This document shows positions 26,449 through 39,162 of a stretch of DNA of 64,000 bases, piece by piece. This DNA is from a plasmid. The position numbers were made by a program, and so were the translations under genes. The stretch lies in NCBI RefSeq assembly GCF_054482595.1, contig NZ_JBTHVH010000001.1; one strand, given 5' to 3'. Every line of letters starts with the position of its first letter. Positions within the stretch are counted from its first letter, which is position 1. The notes under the pieces were generated by a model. It worked only from the letters and a program-made list of their open reading frames with translations, searched no databases and had not been told where the DNA came from.

Positions 26449-26477
26449 AAGCCGCCGCTGGTGGCTTTTCTTTTTTG
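26449..26477 (+). terminator. Rho-independent terminator
   Basis: Stem AAGCCGCC/GGTGGCTT followed by TTCTTTTTT. Confidence 0.5.
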
Positions 26478-26488
26478 TAGGGGGCGCT

Positions 26489-27130
26489 ATGGATAAGAAA
26501 ATATGCGTTGTTTCGATGAGCGTCGGCAAACCGGCGTCAATGACTGCTGCATGGATCAATAACGAGCTGATAATGGCTGAGCGGACCAGCTACCCTGAAC
26601 GCCGCCGCGATATGGAACTCCAGCTGCTGCGCGAATTGCGAGAAAAAGAGGAAAAGGGGTTTATCGTGCTGGTGGAAGAGGAAAACAGCTTTATTACTGG
26701 TCGAGTTGGCCAGCGTGTAAGGTTGCGCGATCCCTTCATGAACGGCAGGCCGGTACTAATTGAGGCAATGCAGATTTATAAGGAGTTGGAACGCCAGAAA
26801 GCAATCAAGTTACCGCGCAAGGAATCCGGCAAATACATCCTCCACCAAAGCATCTTCGATTCCGAACACGATAAAAAAGGCGATGAATTTTTCAACATCA
26901 ACTGGAGCGAAATAACGACAGAGCATGTTCTGACGTTACTATGTTGCTTTGCGACGGAATACAACAACGTTGCCAGCGCCGACTACATCAGGGCAATGGC
27001 TGGAGAAGTTGAGGCACGCCAGGAACCATCGTTACTAAGCCCTCTGATTAACATAATTCGCAGAACCCAAACACTGGCGCAAAAACAAGTACCACAAGGG
27101 GAATTGACGGGTAAAGGTAATTATCTCTGA
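26489..27130 (+). CDS. Hypothetical protein at the P1 mat position (213 aa)
   Basis: ATG after AGGGGG. The position before lxc suggests Mat, but I cannot verify the sequence. Confidence 0.5.
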   Translation: MDKKICVVSMSVGKPASMTAAWINNELIMAERTSYPERRRDMELQLLRELREKEEKGFIVLVEEENSFITGRVGQRVRLRDPFMNGRPVLIEAMQIYKELERQKAIKLPRKESGKYILHQSIFDSEHDKKGDEFFNINWSEITTEHVLTLLCCFATEYNNVASADYIRAMAGEVEARQEPSLLSPLINIIRRTQTLAQKQVPQGELTGKGNYL

Positions 27131-27134
27131 AAGA

Positions 27135-27155
27135 TGCCCGGCGATAGACCGGGCA
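27135..27155. terminator. Bidirectional hairpin
   Basis: Stem TGCCCGG/CCGGGCA between convergent genes. Confidence 0.55.
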
Positions 27156-27169
27156 AAAGGGCGGAAAGT

Positions 27170-27418
27170 TTAATCAGCATTCAGGAGCAATGCGTTATCT
27201 ATGATGATCTGCTCCCATTCTTCGAATGCCCGATCGCGGACGCCCTGGGGAACACTGTTAGTTTTGAAATCGACGACCGTACGCCATTTCCCGTCCGGAC
27301 GGTACATGCGCAGAGCTTTACTTCCCCCTTCCCTGCGCACCTCAACGTTATGCTTGTCAGCAAACTCTTGTAATGCTCGTAACGTCCCATGCTTTACTGT
27401 GTAGTATCGCTTTTTCAA
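27170..27418 (-). CDS. lxc: Lxc (Bof), C1 co-repressor
   Basis: 82 codons, as recalled for bof/lxc. Last gene of the darB transcription unit. Confidence 0.65.
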   Translation of the reverse strand: MKKRYYTVKHGTLRALQEFADKHNVEVRREGGSKALRMYRPDGKWRTVVDFKTNSVPQGVRDRAFEEWEQIIIDNALLLNAD

Positions 27419-27855
27419 GTTTTCTCTCCAGCCTGTGCCAAGGCTTCAACTTCCAAATCATAAGACTCAAACTCATAGTCCTGGTCGTCAACTTCTTCAG
27501 GCACTGGCAGTAAATGCCAGGCTGAGTATATCTGACCATTATCAAAACGCTCCTGGCTGTAGAGCGTAGCGGCTATGAGTGTTAGCGCCGGGCGGTCATA
27601 ACGGTAAATTTTGCGAACGTCACGGTCAACGAGACGACCGAAATTACCATAACCGCGCTCCAGTAATAATTTTTTAATTTCCGGCCAGTATGGACCATAG
27701 CTGCGGTACAGGCGGGGATTTTTCAGTAATCGCCCGCGTAGCCCTGACAGGAAGAAATCAACGTATTCGTCTTCTGTCTTTCCTAACAACGCCGTACGCA
27801 GTACCGCCTCAAGATATGTTTTATTCGGTTTTATTGTATCAGATAGTGTGGCCAT
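27415..27855 (-). CDS. ulx: Ulx
   Basis: Lies between darB and lxc as in P1. ATGA-type overlap. Confidence 0.6.
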   Translation of the reverse strand: MATLSDTIKPNKTYLEAVLRTALLGKTEDEYVDFFLSGLRGRLLKNPRLYRSYGPYWPEIKKLLLERGYGNFGRLVDRDVRKIYRYDRPALTLIAATLYSQERFDNGQIYSAWHLLPVPEEVDDQDYEFESYDLEVEALAQAGEKT

Positions 27856-27888
27856 ATTATGCGACGCCCGGCGAACCGGGCGCTCCTG

Positions 27889-30800
27889 TTATGCGTATTG
27901 TTGGATGACGGCCAGAACGTCCGCCACGTTGTGTTTTGTCTCGATAATCCACCAGTTACCCGGGAAATCGCTGTTCTTTGCCTTCGCTGGCAGCCAGCGA
28001 GCGCCGAATTTCGCCTTGATTGCGTCTTTCGCACGGAAAAGAATGCCTTTCATGCCGGACGCCTCCTGAAGCCCAAATACCTCGCCAGCGGCGAATTTTG
28101 GTGCGTACATCATCTTCAGGTCGGCGGTGGATACGCGATAATTCAGACCAAGAGACTGAGCTATGCTGGTGGCATCACCCTGTATTGATGATAACTCTTC
28201 TTGTTTCTCGTTTCTGGCGGCAATTTCTTCCTCCGTGATGTTGCCAAGGGCCAGGTTTATCCGATCAGCGTCGGCCTGTTTCTCTTCATCGGTGCGCCCG
28301 GCAAGAACCGTGTTAATTCTCTGCAATATCTCCACATGATTCTTGCGCATGCTGAGCAATTCCGGCGTAACCTCGTTAAGATCCACCAGCCCAAGGATGG
28401 CAAGGTCGGAAAACATTGATACCAGGTTGTAGGTCATGCGATAGCTGAGTTGGCCATAGGCTGATGGCAACTGCACCGCATCCATTTTATAGGCATCCAT
28501 AAATTTAGAGCCGTCGTTTACGACATCCGCAATTGCCGGTGTGATTTTCCCTGTGGTGGCGGCCTCCCTGATTGCTGTTACCCACGATTGAGTCAGTGCG
28601 GCGACTGCATGATTCAGATTGGCTTCCCGTTCTGCTGCGATGCGCGCGCTTGCTGCGTCCATTGCCTGCTTGATCTCGGCTTTATTGCTGTAAATGCCAA
28701 TGGTGCCAAACTGTGCTGTGGTGATCTCATAATCTGACGCCCGGAACTCATGGGTACCGAAAATGGCATTGGTGACCTCAAGTTCAGAATCCCCGTTACG
28801 AGTAGCCCCCTGGCTTGTTTTCTCCGGCATTCTGGCGATCGCATCCGCTATTTTCTCCTGAATTGCTTCAGGGGATAGCGTATCTCCATATGACGCGATT
28901 ACATCGCCATAATTGGAGCCAAACAGTTCAGTCAGGAATACTTCTGCCAAACGGACCTGGCGGTTATTCCCTTCAGACATCATACCAAGCACCCATTTTG
29001 CAATTGACGACTTCAGCGCGCCGTCACGGCGATCCGGGTAAACCGCATGCTTCAGTGGGTCCGTATAGGTACCAACAAAATCAATGCTATAGCCTGACTC
29101 TGTAGTCTGAACGCCGTATGAGTCAGTGATTTTGATCATGCCGCGCTGCTGGAAACGGTAGAAATCGTCACAGGAAATGATGTCGTTAATCCCGGCGATG
29201 GAGACGCCACCACTGATTTTCTGCATAACAGCATCTTCATCGGGAGTTACATCCACCTGTTTATCCAGCGTCTTCACATCCCAGTTACCCGATTTGGTGC
29301 CTCTTAAGGTAAAGATGATCTCCACGTCTGCGCGCTGGCTGTCGAAGTCCAGCGACTTAATGCGAACGATATCACCGGCACAATCGTAGTATTGGCCTAC
29401 ACGCCATGAGCGATCGCCGATAACAAGGAACTCATTCGCATGGTTAACCAGATCAGGATCAACATCCAGAATGCCTTTATTTATTGCATCCTCCACCAGC
29501 GGGCGCAGGCGTTTGATATCCGTCGCGGCCTTCTGAGTACGGTTCAATAATTTCTCATAGCGGGAGATGGCCTGAGAGATATTAGCCTTGCGCTGAATGG
29601 CGCTTTTCAACGACGCGCGATACTGTGCTAACAACATACGGTCTGTGTGATGGACACTCCCCCAGCGGGCCTTCCAGTCTGCGTTATCCGCTGCCTTGGC
29701 CATTGCCGCCTGTTTGAATTTAGCTACCTCGGCGGTGGTCTTTTCAAGTTCCGCTTTGCTTCGCTCTAATTCAGCGGTAAGTACCTCCACATCCTCGCCA
29801 GCTGCGTGCTGCGCCTTGATGTAGTTCTGAAGGTCGATAGTAGCCTGTTCTTTCTGGCGAGCGCGTTTCGCAGCTTTCGCCTTATCCATTTGAACCTGCA
29901 TCATTGCCAGACGTTCGCCGTCATCCTTCGCGGTATACATCTGCATTTCGATCATGTCATTGGCGTCGGCGTTCTCCATTTCTGACTTATCTGAACGGAG
30001 GATATCGGAGATCCAGCCTGCTTTACGCTTCAGCGTCTTCAGTCGGTATTCATCGAAAGACCCCTTGCCGCAGTAGTAGTGAACGCGAACGCTTGCACGG
30101 TTGGAACCAACTCGGGCACCGCGACCGTTACGCTGTGCGATACTGGCTGGTGTCCACGGCAACGTCAGGTGGTGGATATCCGTCGTTCCTCGATGCAGGT
30201 TGATACCCACCTCTGCCTTTTTGTTGCAGATGATGATCGGAGTCCGGCCCTCCTGGAAGTCGGCTGCAATCTTTTCCAGACCGCCCAACGACATTTCATT
30301 TTGCTGCGCGATATAGGCGTCATACAGAGCCATTTGCTCGTTGTATTTCGCTATCTGTGCATCTGTTGGTTCATCCGGTAGCTCTTTCGGCGGTTTAACC
30401 GCTTTCAGTTTCTTACCGGTTTTACCTGCCTCGGCAACCGTCTGAGCATTCAGGATCCCCACCTTTGAAGGTTCAAGGTTTAGAGCATTGCAGATAATGC
30501 GCTTGAGCTTCTGGTGCTGCGTTTTTTCATCGGTGAAGATGATTTGCTTACCTTCCGGGAAAAACTCCTTCAGCGTGGCGATCAGCTTCGCGTATTTCGG
30601 CGTAACGGGGTGAGTTACGGTCTGTTCGTCAATGCCAAACCTGGCCAGGCGCTTATTCACTTCCTGCTCGAACGCTTCCGGAACCTGCAACTGAATAAAC
30701 TCGCCCTTATCTATCAGGGAGTATTGCGATTGCTGCGTGATTGAATCATCACTGTCGTCGTCTTCGCTGGTGGCTTGTTTAGGCAAACTGTCCGCCAGCT

Positions 30801-33800
30801 GCTGCACCGCATCGGCGTACTCCGGCAGGAAACGATAGGTGATCCGGCGATAGTACAGGTCCATGTCAGTACATACGCGGTCCATATCCCTGATTATTGA
30901 GAAGATCGGACGGGCTTTCTCGTGCTCAATCACGCCATCTTCATTGACCGAGGTCGTTACGCCATTGTTGGCTTTGGCCGCCGCTTCCGCCTGCTGACGC
31001 AATTCTTCATACGCCGCCAGTTGTTCTTCAGTAAGTGGTGCATCCTGCTGGTGTTCGTCCAGCTCCGGGATCTCCACGGTATCCTTAACGTCTTCCGCCG
31101 TTTTAAGCGTTACCCAGCGATGGAATATACCGCGCAGCGCATCAAGGTTTTCAAAGCCCACCAGCGCCATTTTTTCTTCAACTTCACCGCTAATTTTCTG
31201 TACCGTTTCCAGCCTGGTCTTGCCGAAGAATTTAACGAAGTCATCAGGACCGTAGATCCCCATGTTCTGCCAGTATTCCTTCGGCAGAACATGAGAAAGC
31301 ATGTTGTATGCATCGATCGGGGTGTTAACGACTGGCGTTGCAGTCAGGAGAACCGGCCCGCGCCCGCCATTCTTTTTCATCAGGTACGCGTTTTTAATTG
31401 CCATATCTCGCGCCGATTGCGCCACCGCGCTGGTGGGCAGATAGGCCAGTTGTGACGCTTCGCGACCATTTTTATAGCTATTGCGGTAGTTGTGACCTTC
31501 GTCAGCGATCACACTATCGAAGCCCATATCCTCAAAGTACGGATACTTCTCTGCTTTTTCGGTGCCGGTATCTGAATACTCCGACAATACCCGGCGACGC
31601 GCAGCCTCTTTGCGGTGGGAGTCGGAGTCCATTGCGCTGGCTACGCGCCCGGCGGCAACGAAGTCATAAAGCATATCCTGTGCATGCTCATCTACGGTGT
31701 CATCACGTAGCGGAATGCGGGCGTATTGTTCTTTGGTAAACACGACTGCACGGTAATTTGAGTGCGGGATCGCGTTCATCCGCGCCGTGATAGTGGCTTC
31801 ATCTGCCAGCTTAAGAGCATCGCGCATAACGGGAGTGCCATCTGCACCAACGACAGGTTTACCGTTCTCATCGAGCACCGGCACCAGGCGAATCTGATCG
31901 CCATCCATCAGCACATCAAGACCGACGAACAGGTAGTTACTGAATGCCTCTTCACTCAGAAACTCTTTTGCTTCGTAATACCAGTTTTCCAGCACTGATT
32001 TAGGCACTACATACGCAGTACGGGTGGAACGACCGTTCTCATAGTTGAACGCCTCAAGCGCCAGCGCGGTCGTGGTTTTACCCAGCCCGGTACCGAAGCC
32101 CAGGATGCCGCGCCCATCTTCGGACAGTCGGCGCACCTCGCTATTCTGGTAATCAAATGGCTGTCGCTTACCGCTTAATCCCTTCAACCCAAGCGGATCG
32201 CCAGAGTGTTCATACGGGATATTGCTATTGAACACATCGTTGTATTTGGCAACCAGCTCATCGTAGCGATCGTGCGTCTTGATCCACGTATTGAACTGGT
32301 CCTCAAGCAGTGCCATCTGCTCGCGGTAGCCGTTCGCCGTCGCGCTATCTTTGCCACCGATACGCGCACCATTGAGATACTTTTCCAGCTGTGCCGGGAA
32401 CCCGGTCGCGTTTTCACCTGATTTACGGTCCCACTCGTAGCGGATCTCGCCTGTTTCTTTATCCTTGCGCTGGACGACACCGTATCGGTGCCCGACGAAC
32501 AGACCATCACCACCGTGATAGGTGTCAGAAACCATTTCGTCGCCTTCCAGCTGCACTGACTGCACATAGCGCAGATCCGGATAGCCGTTTTCCTGCAAAA
32601 ATTCCAGAATCACGGAACGGTCGAACCAACGGCTATTGAGCTTAAACCGGATATTCTCTGCTGGCGTCTTGATGCGCTTCTCTTCGATCGCTGCCAGCTG
32701 ATTAAGGACGTTGTTCTTTACTGGACCGTCGGGGAGCGTGGCGAGGAATTCCTGTTTTGGAGCCACTATCTCGTTAATGTCGCCGCTGGTGGCGCGGGCG
32801 AACGGAACAATCCCGCCATACGGTGAAACCGCAATGCCAGGGGTGCTGGCCAATAAATTAAGCAACTCGTCATCACTGGCTGGCAGTTCGCCGGTAAACG
32901 CAAGGCGGAAATCATCGAGCTGGATTGGATCGCGGGTAAGATCGCTATAGAGATAACGCAGGGTGTCCTGATAGCTGGTGGAGTCATAACTGGCGCTGGA
33001 ATCATGCGTAACCAGCTTTCCTGTCAGCTCGTCAGAAATAGTGCCATCCAGCTTAATTGCACCACGGAAAGCAAACCAGGCGCGCGCACCGCTCCCCGAT
33101 AATTTCGCTATCGGACCGCGACCGGGGTTACCAAAACGGTCAATCTCTGCCTGCAAACGGGATACCAGAGAAAGGCGCTGCTGTTCGATTTGTTCAGCAC
33201 TATGCCCGGCGGCCTTCATGTCCTGATATTCAATTAACATCCGGCCAATCATCGCTCCGCGATACAAGCGTTCACGGTATTTTTCAGGCTGGCTGTTAAT
33301 CCAGTCCACCAGCTGCACCATATCGTCGCTGATTGATGTGGTGTACTTATCGCGGACATTTGCCATCTGGGTAAATGTCATACCGAGACGGCCTTCTGTT
33401 GTAGTCAGGTTACGCTGAAGAGCCTCCCAGCTATCCGCACCATAACTGGCAACCTCAATCTTCAGCTCCTTCCCGGCATCAGCTTCAATCCAGCGACCAC
33501 CAGCATATTTTTGCCATACGCCATTAATCAGGCGCATTTCCCCTTCATCAACAACATCTGCGGTCGGTGACGGTTCAGCCATATCGAGCAAAGACCAGTC
33601 GATACGACTTTCGAAACGATGAATCAGCTTCGCTTTAAGAGCCTGGTTATCAATCTGCCCGTCGGCACGAACCTCAATACGCCCCTGGAATCCCTTCTCC
33701 TGAGTGCCATGAACAAACCGGCGGCCGTCCTTTTCAAACCACTTGCCAGAAATAAACGTTGGCCAAAGCACATTTGCCGATTCAAGAGTGTCTTCATCCA

Positions 33801-34656
33801 CCAGGGGGATTTTCTCAGCCATCTCCGCCGGATGTTTGCGCATCAGCACCACGTCAACGACCGTACTGGTCCCGTTTGCGTCAAAAGTACCGGTAGGCAA
33901 GCGGTGGGCACCAAGAAATTCAGCTTTCCGTGATAGGCGCAGGCGTAACCGCTTCATGTTTGAACCTGAAACAATGGACGGCGGCACAATCACGCACATG
34001 AATCCGCCTGGCTTTATCTTGTCCAGCATGCGGAGCATGAAGTAAGAACCCATGTCCGTTTCTTCTGCGTAAGGCTTATCGATGTTGCGTGTGTTATCAC
34101 GACCACCGAACGGAACGTTACCCACAACATGGTCGAATGAATCGTTAGGCGTGCTTACAGCCAGTTGTTCGAACGGGGAAATCTGTACGCTGTCTTCCGG
34201 ATGTAACAGCTGGTTTATACGACCGGAAACACTGCTGATCTCAGTCGCGGTCATCACCGTACCAACCGGTTTTGTCTCATTAAAAACGCCGGTGCCCGCC
34301 GATGGTTCCAGAGTGTTACCTACGTCCGCGCCGTAGAGCTTCATGATCTCCCAGACACCTTCAGCGATCGGCTTTGGTGTGTAATATTCGGAGACGGACC
34401 CGCCAATGCCACCTTCACCGGTGTACCCAGCCAGGATCTGGCGCTGTTCATCTGTCAGTGTCGCGCCGTCCACCAGCGAATTAAGCAAATCTATCGCCTT
34501 CTGATTCGCCTCACGGCGCAGTCGGTCATAGCTTTTGCCTTCCACCTTTTCCACGCCGTATTTAATCGGCGCTCGGTGAGATGTTATTGCCCTAATGTAT
34601 TTCAATATTTCGCTGACACTTGAACAGCGAAACACCCCCATAGATAGCTTGTTCAT
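27889..34656 (-). CDS. darB: DarB, methyltransferase-helicase anti-restriction virion protein
   Basis: 2255 aa. VGNVPFGG (NPPF-like) MTase motif. GTGLGKT and DEGH helicase motifs. Confidence 0.9.
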   Translation of the reverse strand: MNKLSMGVFRCSSVSEILKYIRAITSHRAPIKYGVEKVEGKSYDRLRREANQKAIDLLNSLVDGATLTDEQRQILAGYTGEGGIGGSVSEYYTPKPIAEGVWEIMKLYGADVGNTLEPSAGTGVFNETKPVGTVMTATEISSVSGRINQLLHPEDSVQISPFEQLAVSTPNDSFDHVVGNVPFGGRDNTRNIDKPYAEETDMGSYFMLRMLDKIKPGGFMCVIVPPSIVSGSNMKRLRLRLSRKAEFLGAHRLPTGTFDANGTSTVVDVVLMRKHPAEMAEKIPLVDEDTLESANVLWPTFISGKWFEKDGRRFVHGTQEKGFQGRIEVRADGQIDNQALKAKLIHRFESRIDWSLLDMAEPSPTADVVDEGEMRLINGVWQKYAGGRWIEADAGKELKIEVASYGADSWEALQRNLTTTEGRLGMTFTQMANVRDKYTTSISDDMVQLVDWINSQPEKYRERLYRGAMIGRMLIEYQDMKAAGHSAEQIEQQRLSLVSRLQAEIDRFGNPGRGPIAKLSGSGARAWFAFRGAIKLDGTISDELTGKLVTHDSSASYDSTSYQDTLRYLYSDLTRDPIQLDDFRLAFTGELPASDDELLNLLASTPGIAVSPYGGIVPFARATSGDINEIVAPKQEFLATLPDGPVKNNVLNQLAAIEEKRIKTPAENIRFKLNSRWFDRSVILEFLQENGYPDLRYVQSVQLEGDEMVSDTYHGGDGLFVGHRYGVVQRKDKETGEIRYEWDRKSGENATGFPAQLEKYLNGARIGGKDSATANGYREQMALLEDQFNTWIKTHDRYDELVAKYNDVFNSNIPYEHSGDPLGLKGLSGKRQPFDYQNSEVRRLSEDGRGILGFGTGLGKTTTALALEAFNYENGRSTRTAYVVPKSVLENWYYEAKEFLSEEAFSNYLFVGLDVLMDGDQIRLVPVLDENGKPVVGADGTPVMRDALKLADEATITARMNAIPHSNYRAVVFTKEQYARIPLRDDTVDEHAQDMLYDFVAAGRVASAMDSDSHRKEAARRRVLSEYSDTGTEKAEKYPYFEDMGFDSVIADEGHNYRNSYKNGREASQLAYLPTSAVAQSARDMAIKNAYLMKKNGGRGPVLLTATPVVNTPIDAYNMLSHVLPKEYWQNMGIYGPDDFVKFFGKTRLETVQKISGEVEEKMALVGFENLDALRGIFHRWVTLKTAEDVKDTVEIPELDEHQQDAPLTEEQLAAYEELRQQAEAAAKANNGVTTSVNEDGVIEHEKARPIFSIIRDMDRVCTDMDLYYRRITYRFLPEYADAVQQLADSLPKQATSEDDDSDDSITQQSQYSLIDKGEFIQLQVPEAFEQEVNKRLARFGIDEQTVTHPVTPKYAKLIATLKEFFPEGKQIIFTDEKTQHQKLKRIICNALNLEPSKVGILNAQTVAEAGKTGKKLKAVKPPKELPDEPTDAQIAKYNEQMALYDAYIAQQNEMSLGGLEKIAADFQEGRTPIIICNKKAEVGINLHRGTTDIHHLTLPWTPASIAQRNGRGARVGSNRASVRVHYYCGKGSFDEYRLKTLKRKAGWISDILRSDKSEMENADANDMIEMQMYTAKDDGERLAMMQVQMDKAKAAKRARQKEQATIDLQNYIKAQHAAGEDVEVLTAELERSKAELEKTTAEVAKFKQAAMAKAADNADWKARWGSVHHTDRMLLAQYRASLKSAIQRKANISQAISRYEKLLNRTQKAATDIKRLRPLVEDAINKGILDVDPDLVNHANEFLVIGDRSWRVGQYYDCAGDIVRIKSLDFDSQRADVEIIFTLRGTKSGNWDVKTLDKQVDVTPDEDAVMQKISGGVSIAGINDIISCDDFYRFQQRGMIKITDSYGVQTTESGYSIDFVGTYTDPLKHAVYPDRRDGALKSSIAKWVLGMMSEGNNRQVRLAEVFLTELFGSNYGDVIASYGDTLSPEAIQEKIADAIARMPEKTSQGATRNGDSELEVTNAIFGTHEFRASDYEITTAQFGTIGIYSNKAEIKQAMDAASARIAAEREANLNHAVAALTQSWVTAIREAATTGKITPAIADVVNDGSKFMDAYKMDAVQLPSAYGQLSYRMTYNLVSMFSDLAILGLVDLNEVTPELLSMRKNHVEILQRINTVLAGRTDEEKQADADRINLALGNITEEEIAARNEKQEELSSIQGDATSIAQSLGLNYRVSTADLKMMYAPKFAAGEVFGLQEASGMKGILFRAKDAIKAKFGARWLPAKAKNSDFPGNWWIIETKHNVADVLAVIQQYA

Positions 34657-34665
34657 TGGTAATCC

Positions 34666-34690
34666 TTAACAAGTGACTAGTGTTAAATTT
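34666..34690. promoter_or_regulatory. Palindromic late-promoter element between divergent darB and prt
   Basis: TTAACAAGTGACTAGTGTTAA followed by TTAAAT. The same core (AACAAGTGA) recurs at other late operons. Confidence 0.5.
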
Positions 34691-34723
34691 CCGTTCAAAC
34701 ACGATGCGAATTATTCTAATTAA

Positions 34724-37454
<2,731 letters not shown>

Positions 37455-37465
37455 CCACCAAAAAT

Positions 37466-37487
37466 AACCCCGGCGAGTGCCGGGGTT
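37466..37487. terminator. Bidirectional terminator
   Basis: Stem AACCCCGGC/GCCGGGGTT. Confidence 0.7.
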
Positions 37488-37498
37488 CTCGTTAACTA

Positions 37499-37753
37499 TT
37501 ATCGACTTCGCCTGCGTGCCATATATTTGCGCACCGCGCGGCGTGGACAATCTGAAGCGGTTTCTTTCTGCTGCATCAATCTCGCGGCCATGCTCAAAAA
37601 TGTCAGGCACAGCCGAAGCCCGGCATACAATAGCGGTTCCAGTGGCCACGTTTCATTAAGCACATATACCGCCATGAAAATCGAGTCGAAAACTATCGCT
37701 GCCAGCGATAACTTCATTGTCGAAAGTCTGCGGAGCTGCCGGAGTTTATTCAT
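37499..37753 (-). CDS. Small two-helix membrane protein downstream of lyz (lysis accessory candidate)
   Basis: Overlaps the lyz stop by 8 nt. Has hydrophobic segments and a basic tail. Confidence 0.5.
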   Translation of the reverse strand: MNKLRQLRRLSTMKLSLAAIVFDSIFMAVYVLNETWPLEPLLYAGLRLCLTFLSMAARLMQQKETASDCPRRAVRKYMARRRSR

Positions 37754-38303
37754 TGACCAGTCCCGTCAGGCAAAGCTGGCGTTCTTTTTCACGGCGAATC
37801 TTTAAACCTCGCAGGGGCACGCCGTTACTGTTCACAAAATCAGGGAGATGGTTACACATATTCACCCATTCCCCTTTCTGCGCCCACTTGTGGATGGACG
37901 TTTCGACTCGCATGCCTCGCGCTTTGCTGTAGTAGGTCCGTAAGCTATTGCATCCCATATTGAATGCCGCGCTTGTCATTGCACTAAAGGCATTATCGGG
38001 CATGTCTTTGCCCCGGAAGTGCTGATTAATACAGCGTTCAGCGATCAGGATATTCTTTTCCCAATCAGCGGCGATTTGCTGGTCGGTTTTTCGCACACCC
38101 GGCGTTACCCCGTGTGTATTACCGATCCCGTCAGTCCATACCCCCGCCGGGCACATGTATGGATCACGTCGGCAACCTTCAGCGTTACCAATCAGCTCAA
38201 GCCCCGCCTGGTTGGTTCGCACATTGCCATTACCCATTACGATGGTAATCATCACCGCGATAGCGCAAATTGCACCGCCTCCTGCGGCTGTTTTTCCCTT
38301 CAT
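37746..38303 (-). CDS. lyz: Lyz, SAR-type endolysin
   Basis: The N-terminal segment AAGGGAICAIAVMITIVMG and the T4-lysozyme-like core EGCRRDPY...WTDGIGNT. Confidence 0.9.
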   Translation of the reverse strand: MKGKTAAGGGAICAIAVMITIVMGNGNVRTNQAGLELIGNAEGCRRDPYMCPAGVWTDGIGNTHGVTPGVRKTDQQIAADWEKNILIAERCINQHFRGKDMPDNAFSAMTSAAFNMGCNSLRTYYSKARGMRVETSIHKWAQKGEWVNMCNHLPDFVNSNGVPLRGLKIRREKERQLCLTGLVNE

Positions 38304-38389
38304 AAAGACCTCATAAGCGAATTTTTACGCTCCAGGACAAACACCCATTCACAGCCAATACCGACTGACTCGATCCCTTTAGAAGGCAC

Positions 38390-38414
38390 AGGATAATGCA
38401 AATCACTTGTTAGC
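38390..38414 (-). promoter_or_regulatory. Candidate late promoter for lyz
   Basis: The minus strand reads GCTAACAAGTGATTTGCATTATCC. Confidence 0.5.
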
Positions 38415-38435
38415 TACGTTTCAAAGATATACATT

Positions 38436-38452
38436 ATTGCTCTAATCATTTT
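38436..38452 (+). promoter_or_regulatory. C1 operator upstream of ssb
   Basis: ATTGCTCTAATCATTTT. Confidence 0.6.
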
Positions 38453-38471
38453 ATTTTATTAGGTAAGATAA

Positions 38472-38960
38472 GTGGCACAACGCGGTGTAAACAAAGTCAT
38501 CCTGATTGGTACCCTGGGGCAAGACCCGGAGATCAGGTATATACCAAATGGCGGAGCGGTCGGAAGACTAAGCATCGCAACAAATGAATCATGGCGCGAC
38601 AAGCAAACGGGCCAACAGAAAGAGCAAACAGAATGGCATAGAGTCGTTTTGTTCGGGAAACTTGCTGAAATTGCGAGTGAGTATTTACGAAAAGGTTCTC
38701 AGGTCTACATCGAAGGGAAACTTAAAACCCGTAAGTGGACAGATGACGCCGGTGTAGAACGTTACACGACGGAAATTATCGTCAACCAGGGCGGCACCAT
38801 GCAAATGATCGGCGCTCGCCGTGACGATTCACAGTCCTCAAATGGCTGGGGGCAATCGAACCAACCTCAAAACCACCAGCAATACAGTGGTGGCGGTAAA
38901 CCTCAGAGCAACGCCAATAACGAACCTCCAATGGACTTTGACGACGATATTCCGTTTTAG
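38472..38960 (+). CDS. ssb: Single-stranded DNA-binding protein
   Basis: [18 protein letters not shown]-fold and a C-terminal DDDIPF tail. Confidence 0.95.
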   Translation: MAQRGVNKVILIGTLGQDPEIRYIPNGGAVGRLSIATNESWRDKQTGQQKEQTEWHRVVLFGKLAEIASEYLRKGSQVYIEGKLKTRKWTDDAGVERYTTEIIVNQGGTMQMIGARRDDSQSSNGWGQSNQPQNHQQYSGGGKPQSNANNEPPMDFDDDIPF

Positions 38961-39162
38961 AGTTTATGAGTAAAAAACGACTGAAAGAAAAGCGGTGGTC
39001 AAGACGCCGACAAAAGCACGAACTCGCAAACAAACGCCAAAGTTGGCAATGGCACGCGCTTTTAACGAATAGAACACCCCGAGATATTGCTTTCGCTGGT
39101 GGGAAAACATTCCTAACCAACCTGAAGGCGCAATACATCAGTTTTTAAGCAGAGAAAAGACT

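Noticed and set aside
28000..34400. Many 60-180-aa ORFs antisense to or nested in darB. Similar ones occur in sit (58595-59152, 60491-61018), ddrB (42521-43081), prt (35459-35950, 36014-36460) and pacB (17584-18165).
   Set aside because: These are shadow ORFs inside long, well-supported genes. They have no independent start signals.
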